The notes under the pieces are model-generated. The model did no database searches. It saw only the letters and a program-made list of their open reading frames with translations, and was not told where the DNA came from. Below, piece by piece: positions 8,408 through 17,436 of a DNA stretch of 56,595 bases. The position numbers and the translations under genes are program-made. The stretch spans positions 1 through 56,595 of the forward strand of contig CANPFW010000003.1 of the NCBI GenBank assembly GCA_947573405.1, written 5' to 3'. Position 1 is the first letter of the stretch. Every line of letters starts with the position of its first letter. This DNA comes from an uncultured Clostridia bacterium (GTDB lineage Bacteria; Bacillota; Clostridia; Oscillospirales; CAG-272).

Positions 8408-10069
8408 ATGGATAGAGATATAGCGATTATTGGTATATCGATATTGTTTCCCAAAGCAGAAACATTGGATACTTTATGGAGCGGATTTTATTCAAGAAAT
8501 TCCACAAAGCCGAAAATATTATACGGAAAAATATTGGCACTATGCTTTTCCGAATCGACCATATAATATACCACAGGTTGCATATATTGATGAAATAGAT
8601 CAATTTGATTATTCATATTTTAGATTATCAAAGCATGACGCTGATTATACGGATCCAGCTCATCGTCTGTTTTTACAAACTGCGGTCCGCTGTCTGGAAG
8701 ATGCCGGATATTTTAGCGAAAATATCAAAGGATCTGATACCGGAGTGTTTGTAGGGTACGGGGGAGATTTTGATTACACCCAGATGGTAGCCATGAAAGA
8801 TTGTGCTAATATGAAAACGCATTCCGTTGGATTGCTAGCATCCTTTATTACTTCTCGATTATCTTATTTGTATGATTTAAAGGGCCCTGCGATGGTAGTT
8901 GACACATCGTGTTCATCTTCTTTGGTCGCGTTACATTCTGCGTGTAACAGCATAAGAGCGGGAGAATGTACTATGGCTATAGTTGGTGGAGCACACCTGT
9001 ATACGGTACCAGTGTTAAGAGGTGGGCTTGGAGTACAATCTTCTGACTGCCGAACACGATCCTTTGATGATAGTGCAGATGGTACAGGTTCGGGAGAAGG
9101 CGTGTGTGCCATATTAATAAAAAAAGCAAGGGAAGCATATAAAGACGGGGATCATATTTACGCTGTTATCAAAGGGAGCGCTGTTGTTAGTGATGGAAAT
9201 GCGGCCGGAATCGCCAGCCCAAACCTTATGGCGCAAAAGCTGACAATTCAAAAGGCTTGGGAAGATGCGAATATTGATCCTTGTACAATTTCGTATGTTG
9301 AGGCTCATGGCACGGGGACACGTATTGGCGACCCCATTGAGTTAAAAGCATTGTCTGAAGCCTTTTCAGATTACAGCAGTAATAGGGGCTTTTGTGCTGT
9401 TAGTTCAATAAAATCCAACATGGGTCACTTAGGATATTGTGCAGGCCTGGCAGGTTTAGTAAAAGCTGTTCTTCAATTAAAGCATCAGACTATTGTTTCT
9501 ACTGCTCATTTTCATAAGTTGAACAAGAATATAACTTTGGATAAAAGTGCGATATATATCAGCAAGGAAAATAAACTCACAGACAAGTTTAATTCCCTCA
9601 AATTACGATATTATTTGTGCAAATTATGTTGCGGGAGAGAATTATGATTGGAAGAAATTATACCCTGATAAAGTTAATCGGGTTTCATTACCCGGGACAA
9701 CACTACAAACGACAAAGTGCTGGTTATCATTCTCTGATCAATTAACCGAGACGAATGATACAACAGGAACTGATAACTGTCCTTTTCAATTTTTTCAATC
9801 GCTTGTACAAGACAAATGTCAAGATCCAATATTAATAGATCATTTAATTCTTTTGTGGATATTTAGAAATCAGATTGGTAATCAGGAGCTTCAGTCCGGT
9901 GATAATTTGTATGATATGGGTGCCGATTCTATCACGGCACTTCAAATACTGCGATATATTAACCAAATTTATAATTTTAACGCCGGATGAATTTTTGCTT
10001 TACCAATCAGTTGATGAAGTAGCGACTCTCATATATAAGTATAGAAAAGAAACGTTTGTGGAGAAATAG
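8408..10069 (+). pseudogene. Type I PKS-like ketosynthase plus carrier protein, disrupted by at least three frame changes and an apparent internal deletion
   Basis: ATG 8408 with AGGAG RBS gives MDRDIAIIGISILFPKAETLDTLW, then the frame shifts into ORF 8430-9647. That ORF has VDTSCSSSL active-site Cys, EAHGTGT and KSNMGHL. ORF 9547-9990 has ANYVAGENYDWKKLY and carrier motif GADSITALQ. ORF 9875-10069 has the carrier C-terminus LTPDEFLLYQSVDEVATLI. Confidence 0.7.
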
Positions 10070-10074
10070 CGGCT

Positions 10075-11038
10075 ATGAATGATATAATTCATTTAAATGA
10101 TTTCTATTATATTCCTTCATTTAATGAATTAAGTTGTGAAGAAATTATAGAAACATGCTGTTGTGATAATGAACTTATTAATAGCAATGGGGAACATTAT
10201 TTTAAGCCATACAGTAAAGATTATAAAATACTGTATTGTGTTTTTCCTTTCTATATTGAAGATACTTGTAGAAAATTTATCTCAATTCTTTCATTGCGGA
10301 GTAGAAGTTCAGGAGAGCTTATCTCATGCTGAAATTAAGAGATTATTGACTGATAAAATTCCTATATTATTCATTATGGATCCTCGTGTAGTGCCTTATA
10401 ATACACGTAATTTGAATCCCACAGGTCAGCAGGAAATACACAGTGCGGTTCTTTATGGTTTTAACGATCTGACAGCCTGCTATATGGTTGCAGATTCTGC
10501 AATTGCAGATGATACGGGATTTATACACTGTGATAAAGTTACTATTGATCAGGCATTTTTACGTAACCATACAAAAGGTTTTCTTTATTGTATATAGACA
10601 GTGTGCCGATTCATCAACCCAACATGCGGCTTGTAGTTTATGAGACAATCTATGAATTTCTTCATCCACAAAAAAGTCCCGCTTTTTGTGAAGGGGTGGA
10701 TGCCATTAACTATATGATTGCGTTACTTAAGGCAAATAAGTTCAATTTTGTGGAGCTACAGTTTTTGATCCAAGCGTATTTTATGCCATTTTTTCTATTA
10801 CATAGATGAGTGTTTTAAGTTTTTTAAAAATGTGTCGGAAAATAGGTCCAAGATAAAACTGGAAAAAAACAAATGGGACATTTTTTACTATAAGCATCTA
10901 CTTAGATATTCTCACAATAGCAATTACAAGATAATGGTCGAAAATTTTCAGAAGTTATTTATATTTTTTGTTACGATGCTTGATGAATTTCTTTATGATT
11001 GGAAACAACAAATTTCAAAGGAGAATAATTATGAATAA
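10075..11038 (+). pseudogene. One gene shattered into four frame-shifted ORFs (possibly BtrH-like/papain-fold acyltransferase; family call weak)
   Basis: ORFs 10075-10332, 10163-10597, 10588-10809 and 10832-11038 abut in alternating frames. The HSAVLYGFND...VADSA pattern resembles Cys/His papain-like folds. Confidence 0.35.
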
Positions 11039-11180
11039 TCTCGATATGCAAAGCCAACTTATTAATATATACAAAAAATTTAATAAAAGCGATAAGGTTA
11101 CGGAATTAACGCTCTCTACCCAATTAAGTTATTTGGATATAAATTCAATTTGGTCTTGTAGACAAAATTACGTTTCTTGA
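11031..11180 (+). pseudogene. Short ORF with strong RBS, possibly the N-terminal stub of a small carrier protein
   Basis: AAGGAG lies 7 nt upstream of ATG 11031. MNNLDMQSQLINIYKKF...LSYLDINSI then runs into unrelated sequence. The junction with the glycosyltransferase remnant is at ~11140-11150. Confidence 0.25.
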
Positions 11181-11184
11181 TCAT

Positions 11185-11526
11185 GTGCCTCAAAAGGATC
11201 TTTTTCAGGTTTATGAAAAAGCAAAAGTTATGGCCTTTCCTTCAATAAGTCATGAAACGTTCGGCATGAGTGGTGCGGAAGCCGTAGCAGCAGGAATTCC
11301 TGTGGTAGCTTTTCAAATCGATGGAATAGGTGAATGGCTTCAGGATGGCATTAATGGTCGTATAGTTAAACAGGGTGATATCGGCGCCTATGCTGCTGCT
11401 TTGAATGAGATACTGACAGATGATAACATTTATAACTCTTATCATGAAAACGCAATGAAATGGCGTGCGGATCTGGATTATCCTGGGCAGGTATCCTCGC
11501 TATGCAATATGTATCTAACATTATAA
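11185..11526 (+). pseudogene. C-terminal third of a GT1/GT4-type glycosyltransferase (N-terminal ~250 aa missing)
   Basis: VPQKDLFQVYEKAKVMAFPSISHETFGMSGAEAVAAGIPVV contains the EX7E motif. The same frame reads GLVDKITFLDH upstream to a TAA at 11140-11142. There is no room for the N-terminal Rossmann domain. Confidence 0.65.
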
Positions 11527-11533
11527 AAGCTTT

Positions 11534-12316
11534 ATGAAAAATAATTATTTTAATATGCAGCAGCCGAAGTATAAGATATCCATACCAGGTTCGAGGATCA
11601 TGGTGATTGCTCCGCATCCTGATGATGAGGTTATTGGTTGCGGCGGGACTATTTTAAAGGGATTGAATCAACAGGTATTTGACATTGTTTATATTACAAA
11701 TGGTGAAAAAGGCTTTGTTTCAGAACATGCTGGAACTGCAGAAATCAGAATACAAGAAGCTGTAAATAATTGGAATTCTTATAATAACATTCACTTGCAT
11801 TTTATAGGTTTAAAAGATTCTGACATTATCTGTGATCTGGATTCTATTAGAAAAATAGGTGAAGTTATTCTGACAAATCAGCCGGATTGTATTTTGCTGC
11901 CAGATGTAACAGATCATAATATTGACCATCTTGCTTGTAATTTACTTATACACGAGGCATTGCTGCTCTTTTCATACACACATATATTAATTTGGGGATA
12001 TGAAGTTTGGTCAGCAATTAATCCGGATATTGTAGTTAATATTACAGAGTATTACCAGGGAAAATGTCAAATGATTCATAATTATATATCACAGTTTCAA
12101 CAGTTTGACTATGAAACCCTTTTTACACTCAATAATAAACGTACGGCTATTTATGGAGTTTTATTCGCAGATAATACACATAATGTGCATCGAGTCGAAC
12201 AGAAACAACGCATGAAAAAGAATCTGCCCTTTACCAGAGAGTGGCTTTATGCAGAAGGGTTTCGCAGATATACATTTTCAGAGCATGCTAAAGAATTGTC
12301 CGATAAATTGAAATGA
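11534..12316 (+). CDS. PIG-L/LmbE family deacetylase
   Basis: VIAPHPDDEVIGCGGT and HNIDH motifs; 260 aa, intact. Confidence 0.8.
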   Translation: MKNNYFNMQQPKYKISIPGSRIMVIAPHPDDEVIGCGGTILKGLNQQVFDIVYITNGEKGFVSEHAGTAEIRIQEAVNNWNSYNNIHLHFIGLKDSDIICDLDSIRKIGEVILTNQPDCILLPDVTDHNIDHLACNLLIHEALLLFSYTHILIWGYEVWSAINPDIVVNITEYYQGKCQMIHNYISQFQQFDYETLFTLNNKRTAIYGVLFADNTHNVHRVEQKQRMKKNLPFTREWLYAEGFRRYTFSEHAKELSDKLK

Positions 12317-12334
12317 TTATAGGGGAGGATTCAA

Positions 12335-13162
12335 ATGCGACAGTATAGAGATATAACAATATTAGGGAGATGCAACCTATCTTGTCAATATTGTGATCAT
12401 CCTGATTTCAGTGTGTGTGAAAATCAAGTGATCCAATCCTTGGACGTTATAATGAAACGTTTTGAACGAGACAAAATGTGTTTTCGTATTGAGTCTAGGG
12501 GGGAGATAACCTTATACCCTCATATCATTAATCATATTAAGAATTATGCTGATAAAGGATATCGACTGGAATTGCTTAGCAATGGTCTGCTGATTGACGA
12601 TGTCCTGAATGATTATAAAAAAATAGGTTGTGTTATATCTTTGGATGGTCATACAACTAAGATGAATGAGATGCGGGGTTTGTCACAGTCTCAGGTGAAT
12701 CGGATTTTAAATAACATTTTTAAATATGATGCAGATATTCAGATGGTTTATTTGAATCAAAGTGCAGAAGAAATTAATGCTTTTATCCGATTCCTTCAGG
12801 ACAATCACTTTAAAGGACTGTTGCACATATTTCCGTGTTCATTAAAAAACAAAAATATGTCAAAGTGCTTGTCTTACGATGATTTAATCCACACTGAATT
12901 TATTCCGCCTAAAGAATATTTTGAACGCTGGAAATACATATACGAAAATAATTCACGAAATTTTATTTGTGATTTTTATAAAAATGGATATATATATTAT
13001 ATATTTAACCGTAATATAAAAATGGCAAAGTGTGATGGAAACGCATCGATTTGGAGAATATTGCACCCACTTGGTAATGAGCGGAATGTTTCCATTGACT
13101 GTCTGAATTGCATTAATAATAATGAATTTAATAATCAAAGAAAATTTGTTGCATTAAATTAA
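12335..13162 (+). CDS. Small radical SAM enzyme with C-terminal Cys cluster (BtrN/twitch-like size)
   Basis: GRCNLSCQYCDH (CxxxCxxC), RGEITLYP (GGE-like SAM motif), C-terminal CDGN...CLNC; 275 aa. Confidence 0.75.
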   Translation: MRQYRDITILGRCNLSCQYCDHPDFSVCENQVIQSLDVIMKRFERDKMCFRIESRGEITLYPHIINHIKNYADKGYRLELLSNGLLIDDVLNDYKKIGCVISLDGHTTKMNEMRGLSQSQVNRILNNIFKYDADIQMVYLNQSAEEINAFIRFLQDNHFKGLLHIFPCSLKNKNMSKCLSYDDLIHTEFIPPKEYFERWKYIYENNSRNFICDFYKNGYIYYIFNRNIKMAKCDGNASIWRILHPLGNERNVSIDCLNCINNNEFNNQRKFVALN

Positions 13163-13174
13163 TGGGTATATGAA

Positions 13175-14521
13175 TTGCTGATTTTATTATATGATAAAGT
13201 TGAGGTGATGAATCCACTGAGCCGATTTATAAATGATTTGATGCAGGATATCTGGAAAAATGAATCCGTCAGGTTCAAAAAGTTATATGAATATTATATG
13301 AACATGCCTGAAAAACAAATAACTGCATTGTTAGAAAGTAATAAAGCGCTGGTATATGAAAACGATGGAAATAATATGACTAGCTTAATTACTTGTGGTT
13401 GTCAGCATTTTTATTCCAATTTTTCAATTGCCGGATGCAGCATGTGTAACTTACACCGTAAATCTGTTGAAACAGCTGCTGCTTTAACCGCGTTGCGTGA
13501 TAGAAATCGCTGTAAATATTCAGAAATGGTTTGCAAAAGCTTTACAAATGCACGAGGAGTTGTTCAGTCACGAACTATACACGAATATTTATTTAGCTAC
13601 GATTTTTTAAATCCAATGGAAATCCCTGATGAATGCTTGGAAATGCTGTTATCTGGAGAGGGGGGAGTTTTCAGCAGGAAGCCATGGATTTATGAGTTTG
13701 AGACAACGGCACGTAGCATTAGCAAGGTAAGGTTGAAATTACTCAAGCGTTATGTGGGAAATAGAGATATTATTATACGTATTGGAGTTGAATGTGCGGA
13801 TGAATTTATTCGAAATGAATGGCTGAACAAAAATTTATTTAATCAGCAAATAATAGATGCAATTTCTTTATGTCATGAAGAAGGAATCAAGATAACAGGC
13901 AATATTTTACTGGGTATTCCAGGGTTTACAGAAGAACTCAGTATAAATCAGTTTATTGATACGGTTCATTGGCTTTTTAGCTGCAACATGGATTATATAT
14001 CCTGTTCCTTACTTAGCCGGACAGAGAAGTCTTTCCAGGGATTTCTTCATAGTTCCCTAAAAAATAATGATGTATTGCAAAAATATGGTTTAGCTTATAT
14101 GGAACATACCGGACTGCCATGGTTATTTTCCTTAGTTCGAGCTATCCACCAATTATATAATAGTGAACCGGAAACGCTAAAAAAAATATTTTTCGGGCAA
14201 TTTATTGACAGCTATATTGAACAATCCCATAGCCCTGCTTTCAATCAAACGAGAGAATGTTCTTGCGTAAAAGAATTTAATCAAATTTTGACATTAGGTA
14301 AATTGCCAGACGATTGGAGAAACATACACTTTTTTGCTGATTATAAGGCAGATCCTTGTTATCCTTATTATATGAATTTGTGTGAGCGGCAAAATCAAAT
14401 ATCTAATGTTATGGATAATATGAGGATTTTATCAAAAGAAGTCATTGATAAAAAATGGGGTGAAGGAGACCGGCGATTATATGATTTTAATATGAATTTA
14501 AAGAATCATTATTTTGAATGA
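13175..14521 (+). CDS. Radical SAM superfamily protein with non-canonical cluster motif (Elp3/TIGR01210-01212-like)
   Basis: CGCQHFYSNFSIAGCSMCNL (C-x11-C-x2-C) and IRIGVECADEFIRNEWLNKN...ITGNILLGIPGFTEE, typical of the rSAM barrel. The start is uncertain (TTG 13175 or ATG 13208). Confidence 0.5.
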   Translation: MLILLYDKVEVMNPLSRFINDLMQDIWKNESVRFKKLYEYYMNMPEKQITALLESNKALVYENDGNNMTSLITCGCQHFYSNFSIAGCSMCNLHRKSVETAAALTALRDRNRCKYSEMVCKSFTNARGVVQSRTIHEYLFSYDFLNPMEIPDECLEMLLSGEGGVFSRKPWIYEFETTARSISKVRLKLLKRYVGNRDIIIRIGVECADEFIRNEWLNKNLFNQQIIDAISLCHEEGIKITGNILLGIPGFTEELSINQFIDTVHWLFSCNMDYISCSLLSRTEKSFQGFLHSSLKNNDVLQKYGLAYMEHTGLPWLFSLVRAIHQLYNSEPETLKKIFFGQFIDSYIEQSHSPAFNQTRECSCVKEFNQILTLGKLPDDWRNIHFFADYKADPCYPYYMNLCERQNQISNVMDNMRILSKEVIDKKWGEGDRRLYDFNMNLKNHYFE

Positions 14522-14531
14522 GGAATATAAA

Positions 14532-15143
14532 ATGTGTTTTGACGATATTACCAATTTATTTAACGTAAAGAAATATACATATGAATTAACATTATCGGAA
14601 AATAATATACCCGAAGTATGCAGAAAGCAACTCCTTATGCCTATGCATGATCTTAATGGAACGCAATATTAATTTTATATAAATTTGGAAAATCATTACG
14701 TTACGCTTTGGAGTGTTGATACTAAAAAGTTTGTTAATTTTTCATGTTCATACTTAAAGCAATATGAAATGAAGAAACAACTTATGTATGGTAGAATCAA
14801 TATTCACAATCTGATAAAAAATAATAACAAGATATATGCTTTACCGGACTTTGCAAATTTTATTTGGTGTTTTGACTTATTTAATGATGGTTTCACAGTC
14901 GCTTGTGAAAGCTTCGATCATATCTATGGATTATCCAATACTATTTATAACGATGCTATTTACTATTCAGCATCTCGCCATAATGATCAAGTGATTAAAA
15001 ATCCTAATAGAGAAATAATCAGGAACCAGATTGCCTGCTTACATTTTCTCTTTCAGGGGATGCATCCAAAATTGCAGTTTTTGTTCTTCGTCTTTTTGGG
15101 CATAGAAATCGCTTGTCTGAAAAATGGCGTGGTGAATGATTAA
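14532..15143 (+). pseudogene. Hypothetical ORF interrupted by an in-frame TAA (14670-14672); alternatively a 46-codon ORF plus a separate 152-aa ORF
   Basis: GAGGA lies 7 nt upstream of ATG 14532. The 46 codons (MCFDDITNLF...NGTQY) are in the same frame as ORF 14685-15143, which only has a TTG start. Confidence 0.35.
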
Positions 15144-15353
15144 TGCATTAAAAATCTAGTGGATTCCGGTTTGACAATGGCTTTTGTAATCCCGAATTGC
15201 AGAAAAAGGCACTTGCCGTATCCTTTTTGAAATCAGGAAAAACAATTTGATATTAGCAAACACGTTAGCAGGTCAGAAAAGTAAAAGGAAATGAGGTAAA
15301 AATAGGATGAAACAAAACAAGCCGAATCCACAGCATGGTAACGGCTTGTTTGC

Positions 15354-15387
15354 AAAAAAAATCACGCAGTTTTAAAAACTGCGTGAT
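15354..15387 (-). terminator. Rho-independent terminator of tRNA-Arg (followed by a second hairpin at 15313-15352)
   Basis: Minus strand: stem atcacgcag/ctgcgtgat then a run of 7-8 U, 11 nt after the tRNA CCA end. Confidence 0.6.
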
Positions 15388-15398
15388 TTCAATGAATT

Positions 15399-15474
15399 TG
15401 GCGCGCCCTAGAGGATTTGAACCTCTGACCTACCGGTTCGTAGCCGGGCACTCTATCCGCTGAGCTAAGGGCGC
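15399..15474 (-). tRNA. tRNA-Arg (anticodon ACG), CCA encoded
   Basis: The reverse complement folds as a cloverleaf. Acceptor GCGCCCT/AGGGCGC, D arm GCTC-AGCGGATA-GAGT, anticodon loop CTACGAA, T arm AGAGG-TTCAAAT-CCTCT, discriminator G, CCA. Confidence 0.9.
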
Positions 15475-15504
15475 ATATTTTCGACCTCACCTGTTGACTA
15501 ATAT

Positions 15505-15533
15505 ATGATAGCACATTTATATGCGGTTGTCAA
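15505..15533 (-). promoter_or_regulatory. Sigma-70-type promoter for tRNA-Arg
   Basis: Minus strand: TTGACA, 17 nt spacer, TATCAT, about 30 nt upstream of the tRNA 5' end. Confidence 0.55.
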
Positions 15534-15590
15534 GAATCTTTGCATGAAAAAATTTTTTTAGGAAATTTCACAAAAAAATCTGCTTGGGGG

Positions 15591-15619
15591 TGGAAAAAAG
15601 GCAGTCAATGTGATATAAT
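15591..15619 (+). promoter_or_regulatory. Candidate extended -10 promoter for 15714 gene
   Basis: TGaTATAAT at 15611-15619, with a weak -35 tggaaa 17 nt upstream. Confidence 0.4.
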
Positions 15620-15713
15620 CTTAAAATTAGAAGGATGTTCCAGTTGAATCACTGCGTTTGGAACACTCCCTTTGGTCATGTTACTTGACACAAAAAGAAA
15701 GGCGGACAAATAA

Positions 15714-17372
15714 ATGGGCAAAGGAAAGCAAAGAGACGGATCCGGAGATATTTTGGCAACCGGTTCCCACACCGGCTACGGCAAAAAGAAAGAAGGAAAG
15801 GCAAAAAAGGTCATATCCATTATTGCCTTCGTTTTAGCAGCAGTCATTGTACTTGGCGTCGTTTCTGCATATGGCATCTACAGCAGCGGTATTATTCAGA
15901 GAAACACCCTTGCTGCTGAGAGTGAGCATTATCAGGTTACATCAGCAATGATGACCTATTTCTTCAATTCTACCTACCAAACTTATATAAACGGAGGGGC
16001 ATCCTCTTATTTACAGTATATGGGGCTGGATACCTCCAAGCCGCTTAGTGAACAGAAGTATTCTGAAGATCAGACATGGTATGATCAGATCATGCTGGCA
16101 GCAAAACAGCAGGTGCAGGAAACCCTTGTACTGGCTGAAGGTGCGTATGCGCTTGGATTGAAGCTTGGCGACGAGGAAAAGGCTGAAATCAAAGAACTTT
16201 TGAACAACTTTGACGAGTATGCTGAAAGATATAATGTTACAACAAAGTATTATATCAGCAACGTGTACGGCGCAAGTGTAACCATAAAGGATGTTGAAAA
16301 ATGTCTGGAACTTTCCTATATGGCAGAGCTGTATCACGATCATCTCATAGCGCAGTATGAGTATGACGAGGCAGACTGGAACACGTATTTTAATGAGAAT
16401 AATGATACCTTCCTGAAGGTTGATTATCTCTCATATACTTTCGAACCGCTTGAAGAAGAGGATTCTGCAGCAGATGATACCACAACGGCAGATGATACTA
16501 CAGCGGCTGATGAGGGCGACACCACAGCGGCAGATGAAAAAACGGATGCTGAAAAATTGGCTGTGTTGGAAGGCTATGCCAACGAATTGGCAGCATGCAA
16601 AGATGCAGATGCGTTTTATGATTATGTAAGATCCTACCTCACTGATGTTGTGTATGCCGGCAAGGACGAGGAAACACTGAAAGCAGAATCTGTGGATATT
16701 GACAGCTTGGTAGAGAAGTGTCTGGCAGAAGGCAAAACCAAGTCCGGCGACTCCGACTTTACCAAGTGGGCATACGATGCACAACGTTCTCCTTATGAGA
16801 CATTTACAGATCTTCACGAGCATGGAGATCACAGCGATTATACAGTATATATGATTCTTCCGGCAAAAGAAGAATCTGATCTGGATTTTGCCTGCATGTA
16901 CAGAGATACCTATGTGATGAAAAATTATCGCTATATTCCTGTGAAGCTAAGCGAATCTGATAATGATCAGGGAACAGCACATGCCATGGCGGAAAAGATC
17001 CTTGAGGAATACAAAGAAAAGGGTACGGAAGAGGCGTTTGCCGAACTGGCTTCAGGGGATAAGTACGGCGATGGCAGATATGAGGGCGGTCTGATTGAAA
17101 ATGCAGATTATAATGCGCTTTCGGAAACTGTTGATACGTGGGTATTTGATTCCGCACGTCAGGCTGGCGATACAGAGACGATCTTTGTGGAAGATGACGG
17201 ATATTATATTCTTTATTTCGTTGGAGACGCGAAGATAAAGTGGCAGTATTCTGCGGATAATGCGCTGAAAAATGAGCAGTACAGCAAGGATTACAGTGAA
17301 TTTGCTGAAAATACAAAGGTGACCTTTAAAACAAAAGGAATCTCCCTTGTACAGGAAATCAAACATGGATAA
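15714..17372 (+). CDS. Membrane-anchored PrsA/SurA-like protein with degenerate parvulin-type PPIase-like C-terminus and acidic repeat
   Basis: N-terminal TM segment VISIIAFVLAAVIVLGVVSAYGI. SAMMTYFFNSTY block shared with 17809-19224. C-terminal GGLIEN...WVFDSARQAGDTETIFVEDDGYYILYF. ADDTT(T/A) repeats at ~16450-16540. Confidence 0.45.
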   Translation: MGKGKQRDGSGDILATGSHTGYGKKKEGKAKKVISIIAFVLAAVIVLGVVSAYGIYSSGIIQRNTLAAESEHYQVTSAMMTYFFNSTYQTYINGGASSYLQYMGLDTSKPLSEQKYSEDQTWYDQIMLAAKQQVQETLVLAEGAYALGLKLGDEEKAEIKELLNNFDEYAERYNVTTKYYISNVYGASVTIKDVEKCLELSYMAELYHDHLIAQYEYDEADWNTYFNENNDTFLKVDYLSYTFEPLEEEDSAADDTTTADDTTAADEGDTTAADEKTDAEKLAVLEGYANELAACKDADAFYDYVRSYLTDVVYAGKDEETLKAESVDIDSLVEKCLAEGKTKSGDSDFTKWAYDAQRSPYETFTDLHEHGDHSDYTVYMILPAKEESDLDFACMYRDTYVMKNYRYIPVKLSESDNDQGTAHAMAEKILEEYKEKGTEEAFAELASGDKYGDGRYEGGLIENADYNALSETVDTWVFDSARQAGDTETIFVEDDGYYILYFVGDAKIKWQYSADNALKNEQYSKDYSEFAENTKVTFKTKGISLVQEIKHG

Positions 17373-17394
17373 GGCAAAGTATTAACAATGTGAA

Positions 17395-17428
17395 GGGAAT
17401 CAGGCGTTTGCCTGATTCCCTTGTCTTT
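17395..17428 (+). terminator. Rho-independent terminator
   Basis: gggaatcaggc-gttt-gcctgattccc followed by ttgtcttt. Confidence 0.7.
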
Positions 17429-17436
17429 ATATGACT

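Larger units (their letters stand above)
34..15300. mobile_element. Putative horizontally acquired genomic island (AT-rich, biosynthetic cargo, no integrase seen); right boundary approximate
   Basis: Abrupt compositional change by eye (about 30% vs about 50% G+C). The left edge interrupts a host repeat unit. The right edge faces the 3' end of tRNA-Arg. Many genes inside are frameshifted or truncated. Confidence 0.5.

Noticed and set aside
14532-14672. 46-aa ORF as a confident RiPP precursor peptide
   Set aside because: It is in frame with the following ORF across a single TAA, so a nonsense-interrupted gene is equally or more likely. It is reported only as a low-interest ambiguity.
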